Source: Coriobacteriia bacterium
Lineage (GTDB): Bacteria; Actinomycetota; Coriobacteriia; Anaerosomatales; PHET01
Direction of reading: 5' to 3'
Assembly: GCA_009779675.1 (NCBI GenBank)
Contig: WRDS01000003.1
Coordinates: 1 to 43,750, forward strand
DNA: 43,750 bases
Position 1 is the first letter of the stretch. Each line of letters opens with the position of its first letter. Position numbers and translations under genes: made by a program. Shown piece after piece: positions 26,386 through 35,120 of the stretch. Below the pieces are notes generated by a model. It saw nothing but the letters and a program-made list of their open reading frames with translations, was not told where the DNA came from and did no database searches.

Positions 26386-27009
26386 ATGGGAGCCGAGAAT
26401 CTGTTTGAGAGCATACGCGTGCGCCGAGCATGCCGCACATACGACATGGCACCGCTGTCTGCGAGCGCACTTGCGCAAATCGCCGAGCAGGCCGCAGCAA
26501 TCCCGGTCCTTCTCGGCGGGCAGGATTTGAGCACAGAGATCCTGGCGTTTGGGCAGGTGCGCGGGCCTCTGCGCGCCAAAGCCCCCCATTACCTGGTCAT
26601 TTACGGCTCTGGCGACCAGTGGGATCGGCCGAATGCCGGATTTGTGTTCGAGCAGTGGGTCCTGTGAATGGCGGCGCAGGGCTACGCGACGTGCTGGCTC
26701 GGCGGCGTAAAGCCGTTGCATGCTGACGGCAAGCCCCGCCTCGCCCCATCGGGGATCAATGGTCAGCTGTGGTACTTGGCCGCAAGCGAAGCGGGTGTGC
26801 ATCGCACGGTGCACGTCTACATGCAGACCAGCGGGCTCCTGTCACTTGTGTACCGGCTGCGGGAAGTCGATATGGGCATCGCGCTCGCCCACCTGTTTGT
26901 CGCATCGGGAAAACACGGGTTGCCGTTCTCGTTCTCTGCCGAGCCAAATGAGCGCGTGGGTGCGCCCGAAGCGCCAAAGGGATACAGCTGGCTCGGAGTC
27001 GTCAGATAG
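26386..27009 (+). pseudogene. Nitroreductase-family pseudogene (in-frame TGA, probable internal deletion)
   Basis: I.VRRACRTY, KAPHYLVIY, NAGFVFEQWVL*MAAQG.ATCWLGG, RLAPSGINGQ.W, DMGIALAH; TGA at 26665-26667 with both halves in the same frame. Confidence 0.75.
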
Positions 27010-27373
27010 CGGCGCCGTCGCCACTGGCATCTTCGCTTGCCTGGTAGGAGATGACCTGCACGTCCTGGATGGTGATAAGCCCACTCGGCACCATCGCCGA
27101 CCAGACCTCGGCAAGCGCTGTGATGCGGTGCGCCTCATCGACCACAGACACAAGCACCGGACGATCAGTCGACATGCGCAGTGCATGCTTGGCGACATTG
27201 CGGCTGGAAGCACCAAACCCGACCATCCCCCGAAGCGCAGTGCCGCCAGCCATGCCTTGAGTGCGCGCCTGCTCGATGAGCGCCTGGTAGAGCGGTTTGC
27301 CATCGTAAAGATCGTCCTCCCCGACATACGCCGAGAGGCATTTGGCCTGTCCCTCAAGCAAACGTGTCACCAT
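27002..27373 (-). CDS. DUF190 family (PII-like) protein
   Basis: YVGEDD.Y.GKPLYQALI..AR..G.AGGTALRG..GFG.SSR...LRMSTD.PV.V..VD. Confidence 0.85.
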   Translation of the reverse strand: MVTRLLEGQAKCLSAYVGEDDLYDGKPLYQALIEQARTQGMAGGTALRGMVGFGASSRNVAKHALRMSTDRPVLVSVVDEAHRITALAEVWSAMVPSGLITIQDVQVISYQASEDASGDGAAI

Positions 27374-28808
27374 CTGCGTTACTTCCCTTCTGCGGTCGCG
27401 CTTCCGTGTGTGGCTGCTGCGCTTCGCGGCGCGCCTCTCGGCACAGTGCGATGCGATCCCATAATGCCCGCGCAAGAGCCTGCTTGTCCATGACGGGCAG
27501 CTCCTCGATGGTGGGACGCGTCTCGGCAGCAGGACGCTCGGCGGTGGCAGGGTGCGACTCGAAAGCAGGATGTGCCTCGGGAGCAGACCCGCCTACCACC
27601 CAGACCTTGTTGTCATCGCTGCCAAAGCCGAGCCCCTCTGAGGCAACGTTGTTCGCCACCACCAAGTCGAGGTTTTTTGCCGTCAGTTTTCTTGCCGCGG
27701 ATCCCAGCACATCGCTTGTCTCGGCGGCAAACCCGACTAAGAGCTGATGGGCGGCTTTTCGCGCACCAAGCTCGGCGAGGATGTCCGGTGTCCGCTCGAG
27801 CTCGATCACAAGCGGTGCCCCATATTTCTTGGCCTTGCCAAGCGATGGGCTCTTGGGGCGGAAGTCGGAGACGGCCGCGCAGGCGACGATTACCTCGCTT
27901 TGCGGAGCGCGTGCGATAACCACGTCGTGCATCTGTTGGGCGGTCGTCACGCGTACGACATCCACGTCAAAAGGATCTGGCAGCGCGCTTGGCCCGGTCA
28001 CAAGCAAGACATCGGCGCCCCTGCGTGCTGCCTCGTCGGCGATCGCAAAACCGGTCTTGCCGCTTGACCGGTTGGTTATCACACGCACGAAGTCGATGGG
28101 CTCCTCGGTCCGACCGGCGTAAACAAGCACGCGGGCACCGGACAGGGCCTGGGTGCGGCGCACCTCTGCGTGAACCGCCTCGGCGATCGCCTCGACTGTT
28201 GCCAGGCGACCCTCGCCGACATCCCCACAGGCAAGCTCGCCGATGCCGGGGTCGACGATGCGGATACCACGCGACTTGAGCTGCGCCAGGTTTTTTTGCG
28301 TGATCGGGTTCCGCCACATGTGGACGTTCATGGCAGGCGCAACAACGAGAGGTGCCTCGGTTGCGAGCGCGACCGTGGTGAGAAGGTCGTCTGCCCGCCC
28401 GCTCGCAAGCTTCGCGCACACGTTCGCGGTCGCTGGAGCGATCACGAGCACATCCGCCTCCTCGGCAAGCCCCACGTGGTGGACCTTGGCCGACGGCTCA
28501 TCCCAGAGCGAGACCGCCACCGGATCGCCTGTAAGCGCACGGAAGGTGGCCGGGCCAACGAGGTGCGTGGCGCTCTCGGTCATGACCACTTTGACGCGAC
28601 AGCCGCCTTTTTGCAGCGTGCGCACAAGCTCACATGCCTTGTAGGCAGCTATGCCGCCGGTAACGCCAACGAGGACGAGCGGCGGCGCAGGCTCCCGAGG
28701 CGCGGATCCGGGGGGCGCAGGCTCCTCGGCGGGCAGCTTAAATCCTGCTGGTGGCATCGCAGGCCCACCAGCAACGGGCATCTTGGGCTCAGCTGTACGC
28801 TCAATCAT
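27354..28808 (-). CDS. coaBC: Bifunctional phosphopantothenoylcysteine decarboxylase / phosphopantothenate--cysteine ligase
   Basis: GVTGGIAAYKA, APATAN, APAMN..MW, LACGDVGEGRL, NRSSGKTG, AAVSDF, VGFAAET, K.LDLVVAN; start taken as ATG at 28808. Confidence 0.96.
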   Translation of the reverse strand: MIERTAEPKMPVAGGPAMPPAGFKLPAEEPAPPGSAPREPAPPLVLVGVTGGIAAYKACELVRTLQKGGCRVKVVMTESATHLVGPATFRALTGDPVAVSLWDEPSAKVHHVGLAEEADVLVIAPATANVCAKLASGRADDLLTTVALATEAPLVVAPAMNVHMWRNPITQKNLAQLKSRGIRIVDPGIGELACGDVGEGRLATVEAIAEAVHAEVRRTQALSGARVLVYAGRTEEPIDFVRVITNRSSGKTGFAIADEAARRGADVLLVTGPSALPDPFDVDVVRVTTAQQMHDVVIARAPQSEVIVACAAVSDFRPKSPSLGKAKKYGAPLVIELERTPDILAELGARKAAHQLLVGFAAETSDVLGSAARKLTAKNLDLVVANNVASEGLGFGSDDNKVWVVGGSAPEAHPAFESHPATAERPAAETRPTIEELPVMDKQALARALWDRIALCREARREAQQPHTEARPQKGSNADGDTFA

Positions 28809-28812
28809 GCAG

Positions 28813-30030
28813 TCATGATACCAAGCCGAGCCGCTTGCCGGCGCTCTCAAATGCCTCCAGTACCTGTGCGATGTCCTCGGCGGTGTGTGTCGCCATAAGA
28901 CAGGTGCGCAGGCGCTCGGTCCCCTTTGGCACAGCGGGATGCACGATCGGGCACACGAACACCCCGGCATCAAAAAGCATCCGCGTAAGATCCATCGTCT
29001 TATCCTCATCCCCCACGAGGACCGGCACCACGCAGGTGTCGGCAAGCATCGTGTCCCACCCCTGCGCACGAAGGCCGAGTACGTAATCGTCTGTGACCTG
29101 ATGCAGCCGCTGAACCCGCTCTGGCTCATCCTCAATCACGTCGAACGCCGCGATAGCCGCTGCCGCCGATGCGGGAGGCAGCGCCGCAGAAAAGATAAAC
29201 GGGCGGGAGTTGTGGCGCAAAAAGTCAATGACCTCTGCCGAGGCCGCGCAGTAGCCGCCCACGCTCGGGATCGACTTGGAGAGCGTCCCCATCTTGAAGT
29301 CGATCGAACCGCACATACCAAAATGCTCCTCGACACCATGCCCCGTAGCCCCAAGCGCACCGACCGAATGGGCCTCATCGACCATCAATCGCGCACCATA
29401 GCGCTCGCAAAGCGCCTTCGTGGTTGGCAGATCCATGATGTCGCCATCCATCGAAAAGACCGAGTCGGCAACGACAAGCACCGTCGCGTATCTGCCCTCG
29501 GCACCTGCAAGCAGCTTTTCTAGATGCGCCATGTCGTTGTGCCGATAGGTGCGCCACTTCGCGCCCGAAAGCAGGCAGCCATCGACGATCGAGGCATGAT
29601 CGAGCTTGTCCATGAGGATCAGATCCCCAGGGCCGGTCAGCCCAGTGATGATCGCGATGTTGGTCGCATACCCGCTCGAGTAGACGCAGGAGTCCTCTCG
29701 CTTGGCAAACGCCGCGATGCGCGCCTCCAAGCGCTCATGAAGATCGGTCGTGCCAGTGAGGAGACGTACCCCACCGGCCCCTGAGCCATATTCATCGATA
29801 GCGGCTTGAGCCGCAGCATCGACGCGTGGATGTCCGATGAGCCCGAGGTAACTGTAGGATGCCAGCATCACCATGTCCCGACCGTCGGCCATCATCACGC
29901 GGTGGTTCGTCTTGCCTGTGGTCGCCTGCAGGTAAAAGTACCTGTCGGCCTCTTGCATGTCAGTCCTTCTCGATGCGAACTCGGCTACTTTGGCTTCGAT
30001 ACCGTCACGGACGGGTGTGGCCTCGGGCAT
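28813..30030 (-). CDS. PLP-dependent alpha-oxoamine synthase family enzyme (BioF/KBL/SPT family; substrate unknown)
   Basis: SYLGL..HP, DKLDHASIVDG, DSVFSMDGD, VDEAHS.G, GTLSKS, SRPFIFSAALPP, PIVHPAVP..T.RLR. Confidence 0.9.
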   Translation of the reverse strand: MPEATPVRDGIEAKVAEFASRRTDMQEADRYFYLQATTGKTNHRVMMADGRDMVMLASYSYLGLIGHPRVDAAAQAAIDEYGSGAGGVRLLTGTTDLHERLEARIAAFAKREDSCVYSSGYATNIAIITGLTGPGDLILMDKLDHASIVDGCLLSGAKWRTYRHNDMAHLEKLLAGAEGRYATVLVVADSVFSMDGDIMDLPTTKALCERYGARLMVDEAHSVGALGATGHGVEEHFGMCGSIDFKMGTLSKSIPSVGGYCAASAEVIDFLRHNSRPFIFSAALPPASAAAAIAAFDVIEDEPERVQRLHQVTDDYVLGLRAQGWDTMLADTCVVPVLVGDEDKTMDLTRMLFDAGVFVCPIVHPAVPKGTERLRTCLMATHTAEDIAQVLEAFESAGKRLGLVS

Positions 30031-30067
30031 CTGGTAGGTCCCTTCTCGTGTACATCGTTGTTAGAGC

Positions 30068-30093
30068 ATGTGCACAACTTTGTACACATCATA
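30068..30093 (-). promoter_or_regulatory. Extended -10 promoter with an overlapping palindromic operator upstream of the alpha-oxoamine synthase
   Basis: Minus strand TGT-TATGAT (30088-30093) abutting ATGTGCACAA-CT-TTGTACACAT (30068-30089, one mismatch). Confidence 0.5.
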
Positions 30094-30216
30094 ACATGCC
30101 CCGGGACGCGCAGCCCAGCCGGATCGGCAAAGCGGGGCACACATGCAGCGTGACGGCGGGCGTGGGTGCGCGGCGGGTGCATGCGATGGGCGACGTGAGC
30201 GCGCGGTCGGGCGGCA

Positions 30217-31401
30217 TTACGAGTGACGCACTGCGCCTGCTACTTCCTCAAAAACGCTTTCAAACCGAGGTGCGAGGCGGCCCAGCGTGAAGTCCTCGGC
30301 GATTGAGCGTGCCTGACCGGGCATCGGACGGCTCAATATGTGCTCCCTCAGCCGAGCAACCAGCCCATCCGCGCCTGAATAGCGCATCGCAGGCGGATAC
30401 AGCCCGGGATAGGCCAGCCGGTCTGGGACAAGCGGCATGCACCCTGCGTATGATGCCTCGATCATCGCCAGGCCGAAGAACTCGTTTCGCGCAGTGGAGA
30501 CCGCGATATCGGCACTTGCGAGCAACCGTGCATACGCACCACGGTCCGCCGGCTGCTCGCAGAACACCAGCCGGTCACCCAACTCGCCAGCAGCCGAGCG
30601 GATCAGCGTCTCGGTCTCCTTAAACGCCTGACCCGCGATCACAGCCTCGAAATCCAGCCCCTCGGCAGCAAGCTCGCCCAGAGCCGCAATAAACCCCTCC
30701 GGATCCTTGTCATGCTCCCAGCGATGCGGCCAGATGATGCGGCATCGATCCCCGCGAACGGTCGGTGCCTGATCGAACTCGGCCGGATCAAAGGGCGGCG
30801 GGACCACGTGCGACTTCTTAGCAACCGCCTCGGCAACATGTTGCGGACGGTAATCAGGAAACCGAGCAAGGAACCCGGGTATCTCGGCGATGAACTGCTC
30901 GAGGTTCCAGCGCGTGTTGAAGAGGCAGCGCTCAGCAGAAAGCGCCGAGGTGATGTTGGTGAGCGGGAACTGGTAGTCCCATTCAGCCGTATGGCGGTTC
31001 GGGTAGACGAGCTGGTTCTCGTGGAAATAGACGATCGCAGGAACCGGCGCGATGGCTGCGCCTGCAAGCCCACGGAACTCGGCGAGGTTCACGAAGGTGG
31101 AGGCGAATATGAGATCCCAAGGAGCGCGGGAGCCGAGATCGGTGGTGGTAGTGTCGGCGGCGGCGGCGGCGGCGGCATGGGTGGTGGCGGCGCGGGAGCG
31201 TTCGGTCGCCAGGTGCCGTGCCTCGGCAGCCATCGTCACGCCTGAGCCGCGCATCCGCCATTTCCACTTGCGGGCAGGGAGCGTGAGCAACGTCCACTCG
31301 GCATCAATCGCACCGACGAGCCCATCGAGCACCGCACGGTGGCTGCCACCGTAGTAGGGCTCGAGCGCTAAGATGCGCAGGGTGTGACCCGGAAGGCTCA
31401 T
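30217..31401 (-). CDS. DUF3524 / GT4-type glycosyltransferase, homologue of eukaryotic GTDC1 (QTMAN, tRNA-queuosine mannosyltransferase)
   Basis: LEPYYGGSH, TLPARKWKWR.R, YFHENQLVYP, FPDYRP, IIWPHRWEHDKDPE, STARNEFFGLAMIEA.Y.GC.PLVP..LAYP; ATG at 31401 or 31419. Confidence 0.88.
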   Translation of the reverse strand: MSLPGHTLRILALEPYYGGSHRAVLDGLVGAIDAEWTLLTLPARKWKWRMRGSGVTMAAEARHLATERSRAATTHAAAAAAADTTTTDLGSRAPWDLIFASTFVNLAEFRGLAGAAIAPVPAIVYFHENQLVYPNRHTAEWDYQFPLTNITSALSAERCLFNTRWNLEQFIAEIPGFLARFPDYRPQHVAEAVAKKSHVVPPPFDPAEFDQAPTVRGDRCRIIWPHRWEHDKDPEGFIAALGELAAEGLDFEAVIAGQAFKETETLIRSAAGELGDRLVFCEQPADRGAYARLLASADIAVSTARNEFFGLAMIEASYAGCMPLVPDRLAYPGLYPPAMRYSGADGLVARLREHILSRPMPGQARSIAEDFTLGRLAPRFESVFEEVAGAVRHS

Positions 31402-31471
31402 CGCGCCCGAAGAATCCATCGCGCCCGGAGGGCCACCGCGCCGCCAGGGAGGCCCATTGCGCCTGAAGCGT

Positions 31472-32719
31472 TCATCGCGTCCAGGTTTTGGGCGGTCGGT
31501 AGGCAGGGCAGTCAAAATCAACCCAGGAAAAGTTCGCAAGCGCGTCGGCGACCATGCGCTCGACATCCAGCGTTCCCCACGCATCAAGCACCACTGGAAG
31601 CTTGGCGTGCGTCTCTGGGTTCCTCGGCATGAAAAGCGTGCAGCAGTCCTGATGATCGCACGTCGACAGCTCGTAGGTGTCGAGCCGACGGGCCTCGGCC
31701 ATGATCTCAAGCTTGTCGCTGCCTGCAAGCGGACGCAGAACCGGAAGCGTGGCCGCCTCGTCGACCGCTGCGATGTTCTCAAGCGTCTGGCTCGCTACCT
31801 GGCCAAGCGACTCCCCGGTCACAAGCGCCTTTGCGTGCTCGGCGCGGGCGATGGCCTCTGCGACGCGGATCATGAGGCGGCGGTAGATGAGCACGCGCAG
31901 GTCGGGCGGGACAACAAGCGATACCTCCCTTTGCAGGTCGCCAAAGGGCACGAGGTAGATGCGCCCAAGCCCACCGAAGCGTTCGAGCATCCCGCCGATC
32001 TCGGTGACCAGGCGCTCCGACGCGCCATCGGTGTGCGGGCGGCCCGAGAAATGCACGCCGACTATCACGGCACCGCGATGCATGATGCGCCACGATGCGA
32101 CCGGTGAATCGATGCCCGCCGAGAGAAGCGAGACCACCTTGCCAGCGGTGCCGACCGGCAATCCGCCGACACCCAAGATCTTGCTTGAGCCGATGAAGGC
32201 CACACCTTGGGTCACCGTGGCCGTTACCGTGACATCCGGCACGGTGAGATCGACACGCAACCCGGTCTCTGCCTGAAGCCGAGCGCCGATCCGCTGGTTC
32301 ATCTCCATGCTTGACTCGGGCCAGTCGGTATTCGACCTACGTGCGTCAACCTTAAAGCTCGTGACCGGGTGTACTGCAGGGCGCACCGCGGGGCGGGCTG
32401 CAGCGGAGCGCGCCTCGCACGCATCGGCAAGCGCACGCAGCGCAAACTCCTCGATGAGTGCGGGGTCGCGCTCTATCTTGTAGGTGAGCGAGACCGAGTG
32501 CACCCCTGGGATCCGCGAAATAGCCTCTGCGACCTCTTCAAATCGGCTCGGATCGTTCACGGTGACCGCCAACCGCGAAGCAAGGCGCACGGCTTTCTGC
32601 ACCGGAAACACGCCGAGCGCCGCATCAAGATTGCCTTGAAGACAGCGCTCAAATGCTGACCTATTGCGACCCTTGAGACCTACCTCATGATAGTGGACCA
32701 GGCAGACGCGTTCTGACAT
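31472..32719 (-). CDS. thiI: tRNA 4-thiouridine(8) synthase ThiI (THUMP + PP-loop, no rhodanese domain)
   Basis: E.GLKGRNR..FE, GGLPVGTAGK..SLLSAGIDSPVA, TGESLGQVASQTLEN, RPL...DK.EI, DCC. Confidence 0.94.
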   Translation of the reverse strand: MSERVCLVHYHEVGLKGRNRSAFERCLQGNLDAALGVFPVQKAVRLASRLAVTVNDPSRFEEVAEAISRIPGVHSVSLTYKIERDPALIEEFALRALADACEARSAAARPAVRPAVHPVTSFKVDARRSNTDWPESSMEMNQRIGARLQAETGLRVDLTVPDVTVTATVTQGVAFIGSSKILGVGGLPVGTAGKVVSLLSAGIDSPVASWRIMHRGAVIVGVHFSGRPHTDGASERLVTEIGGMLERFGGLGRIYLVPFGDLQREVSLVVPPDLRVLIYRRLMIRVAEAIARAEHAKALVTGESLGQVASQTLENIAAVDEAATLPVLRPLAGSDKLEIMAEARRLDTYELSTCDHQDCCTLFMPRNPETHAKLPVVLDAWGTLDVERMVADALANFSWVDFDCPAYRPPKTWTR

Positions 32720-32724
32720 GGATG

Positions 32725-32976
32725 CTATTTGTAGCTGTCCTTCGCACGCTCGTAGCCGACATCGGTCTCGGCGATCTCCTCAAGCGCAAGCGAAAGGGGT
32801 TTGGTGCTCGTGATCCTGGAGATCTCGCTCATAGGCATAGTAAGCAGCGCTTGGTCACGCACGCCATGGACCATGTTGTTTATCTGGCGGGCTCGCTTTG
32901 CTGCAATGATGCAGAGTGTGTACTTTGAATCGACCTTGGACAACAGGTCATCGATGGGCGGATTGATCACTGACAT
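32725..32976 (-). CDS. rpoZ: RNA polymerase omega subunit
   Basis: PPIDDLLSKVDSKY.L.I.AAKRARQIN...KPLSLALEEI. Confidence 0.96.
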   Translation of the reverse strand: MSVINPPIDDLLSKVDSKYTLCIIAAKRARQINNMVHGVRDQALLTMPMSEISRITSTKPLSLALEEIAETDVGYERAKDSYK

Positions 32977-33560
32977 GATTTGGTATTCGACTCCTCGCCT
33001 CGGGCATACGAACCGATCAGCCGCGCAAGCTCATCCGCGGCTCGTTCAACATCGTCGTTTATTATCACATGGTCGTACTTTCCTACAAGTGCAACTTCCT
33101 TCTCGGCGGTCTGCAAGCGCACCGCGATCTGCTTCTCCGTCTCAGCTCCACGCTTCTTCAGACGCCGCAAAAGCTCCTCTTCAGAGGGAGGCATGACAAA
33201 CACCAGCACGCTTTTGGGCACAAGCGCGCCTACCTGGAACGCCCCTTGCGGGTCGATCTCTAAAACGACCTGCTTGCCCTCGGCGAGCCTCCGATCCACC
33301 TCCTCACGCGGCGTACCATACCGGTTCCCATGCACAGAGGCCCACTCCAGCAAGCCGCCTGATGCAACAAGCCCATCGAACTCAGTGTCCGAGACGAAGA
33401 GGTAATGCACGCCGTCCTCTTCCCCCGGGCGAGGGCTCCGCGTCGTCACAGAGACAGACACCCAGGCAGCAGGGGCGCGAAGAAGAAGCTCCTTTACAAT
33501 CGTGCCCTTACCGGCACCAGAGGGGCCAGAGACTATGAAGAGGTTCCCTGTTCCGGACAA
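32967..33560 (-). CDS. gmk: Guanylate kinase
   Basis: SGPSGAGKGT, SVS.TTRSPRPGE.DGVHY.F, YGTP, LEIDPQGA, PPS.EEL.RRL. Confidence 0.97.
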   Translation of the reverse strand: MSGTGNLFIVSGPSGAGKGTIVKELLLRAPAAWVSVSVTTRSPRPGEEDGVHYLFVSDTEFDGLVASGGLLEWASVHGNRYGTPREEVDRRLAEGKQVVLEIDPQGAFQVGALVPKSVLVFVMPPSEEELLRRLKKRGAETEKQIAVRLQTAEKEVALVGKYDHVIINDDVERAADELARLIGSYARGEESNTKSCQ

Positions 33561-33592
33561 CGGATAAACAGCAGCAGGCTGCCCGCCTGCTT

Positions 33593-33901
33593 TTACCCGA
33601 GCCGGCTCAAAAGCTGCTCGCGCTGGCGTGCACCAAGACCCTGGACGCGGCGGCTCTCAGATATCCCAAACTCTGTCATGAGCTTGAGCGCTTTCGCCTT
33701 ACCGTAGCCAGGAAGGGACTCGAGCAGCGCAGAGACCTTCATCCGAGCAACAATGGGGTCGTCTGCGGCGTTCATCACCTGGGCAAAAGACTTGCTCCCG
33801 CTCTTGAGTTCAGCACGCAGCTGCGCACGTTTCTTGCGTGCCTCGGCAGCCACTTTCAGCGCAGCCGCGCGATCAGCATCAGACAGATTCGGCAATGCCA
33901 T
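33593..33901 (-). CDS. mihF: Actinobacterial integration host factor (mIHF/sIHF)
   Basis: MALP.L....RAAAL..AAEAR..RA......K.G...MKVSALLESLPG.GK.KA...M....ISESRRV.GLG. Confidence 0.94.
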   Translation of the reverse strand: MALPNLSDADRAAALKVAAEARKKRAQLRAELKSGSKSFAQVMNAADDPIVARMKVSALLESLPGYGKAKALKLMTEFGISESRRVQGLGARQREQLLSRLG

Positions 33902-34123
33902 GGATCCTCCTCAGTCTCCCAGTCTCCCTTAAGGCGGGGCTCTATTCAGGCCGTGCGGCACGCTCGCGGGTGAACCCAGCCAGGCTGCTTGATCCAGCAA
34001 AACAGCCGGTTGTGGAACCGCGTTTACGTTACCCTACACCTGACCTGCGAAAATGCCAAGCAATTACGCAGATCTAACATATATTGAATCTACGTGAACT
34101 CTACGCAGCATCCTACCCGAATC

Positions 34124-35113
34124 CTACGCTTCCAGGGAGAGAGAGCCGATAAGATCGGTCACCGAGACCGAATGCGTTTTGCACCACTCCCCCAGCCCAT
34201 CGAGTATCTGCATCATGGCCCTCGGATCCGTGAAGTTGGCCGTACCAATACCGACAGCGGTGGCACCCGCTATCAAAAACTCCACGGCATCCTCTGCCGA
34301 GGTGATGCCACCCATGCCTATCACCGGAATAGCAACTGCATTCGCTACCTGCCAGACCATGCGCAGCGCCACCGGCTTGATTGCAGGACCGGAGAGCCCG
34401 CCAACCACACGCGCCAGCCTGGGTCGGCGCGTGTGCGCGTCAACAGACATCCCGAGAAGTGTGTTGATAAGCGAGATGCCATCAGCGCCAGCAGCCTCCA
34501 CCGACCGGGCAATGCGGGTGATATCGGTGACATTCGGGCTCAACTTTACGATGAGTGTTCGGTTGGTGACCGCTCGGCAAAGTGAAACGACTTCTGCCGC
34601 CGAGGTACAGTCAACCCCAAAGGCCATGCCACCCGCATCGACATTGGGGCAGGAGATGTTGAGCTCATAGGCGGCGACCGACGGCTCCCTCTCAAGCCGT
34701 TTGATAACCTCAGGGTATCCTTCAGCGCTATGTGCCACCACGTTCACGATAACCGGGGCATCAGGGGCGTTTTTTGAGAGCCACCACAGGTCACCTATGC
34801 AAAACGCCTCTACTCCAGGGTTCTGGAGGCCAATGGAGTTAAGCATCCCCCCGGAAGTCTCAGCGATGCGTGGGCACTCATTGCCCGGCCACGGCTCAAG
34901 CGACACGCCCTTGGTCACAATCGCCCCAAGACGGTTGAGGTCGAGAAAATCCGCGAACTGCCGTCCTGATGCGAACGTCCCCGAGGCAGGCATCACGGGG
35001 TTCTTGAGGTCGAGGTCTCCGATCTTGACCTTCAAGTCAACGTTTAGGTTCATGCCCTCATCGGTCACTTCAGGACCTGCTGAGGTCGCCTCACAGCCTT
35101 CGCCATCTGCCAT
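34124..35113 (-). CDS. pyrD: Dihydroorotate dehydrogenase B, catalytic subunit
   Basis: KNPVMPASGTF, GMLNSIGLQNPG, ELNISCPNV, VKLSPNVTDI, INTL.GM, GGLSGPAIKPVALR; start ATG 35113 (35053 possible). Confidence 0.95.
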   Translation of the reverse strand: MADGEGCEATSAGPEVTDEGMNLNVDLKVKIGDLDLKNPVMPASGTFASGRQFADFLDLNRLGAIVTKGVSLEPWPGNECPRIAETSGGMLNSIGLQNPGVEAFCIGDLWWLSKNAPDAPVIVNVVAHSAEGYPEVIKRLEREPSVAAYELNISCPNVDAGGMAFGVDCTSAAEVVSLCRAVTNRTLIVKLSPNVTDITRIARSVEAAGADGISLINTLLGMSVDAHTRRPRLARVVGGLSGPAIKPVALRMVWQVANAVAIPVIGMGGITSAEDAVEFLIAGATAVGIGTANFTDPRAMMQILDGLGEWCKTHSVSVTDLIGSLSLEA

Positions 35114-35120
35114 ATGATCC

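Noticed and set aside
26665-26667. Selenocysteine recoding in the nitroreductase
   Set aside because: Not a Cys-equivalent position, no convincing SECIS hairpin, and the gene shows other signs of decay
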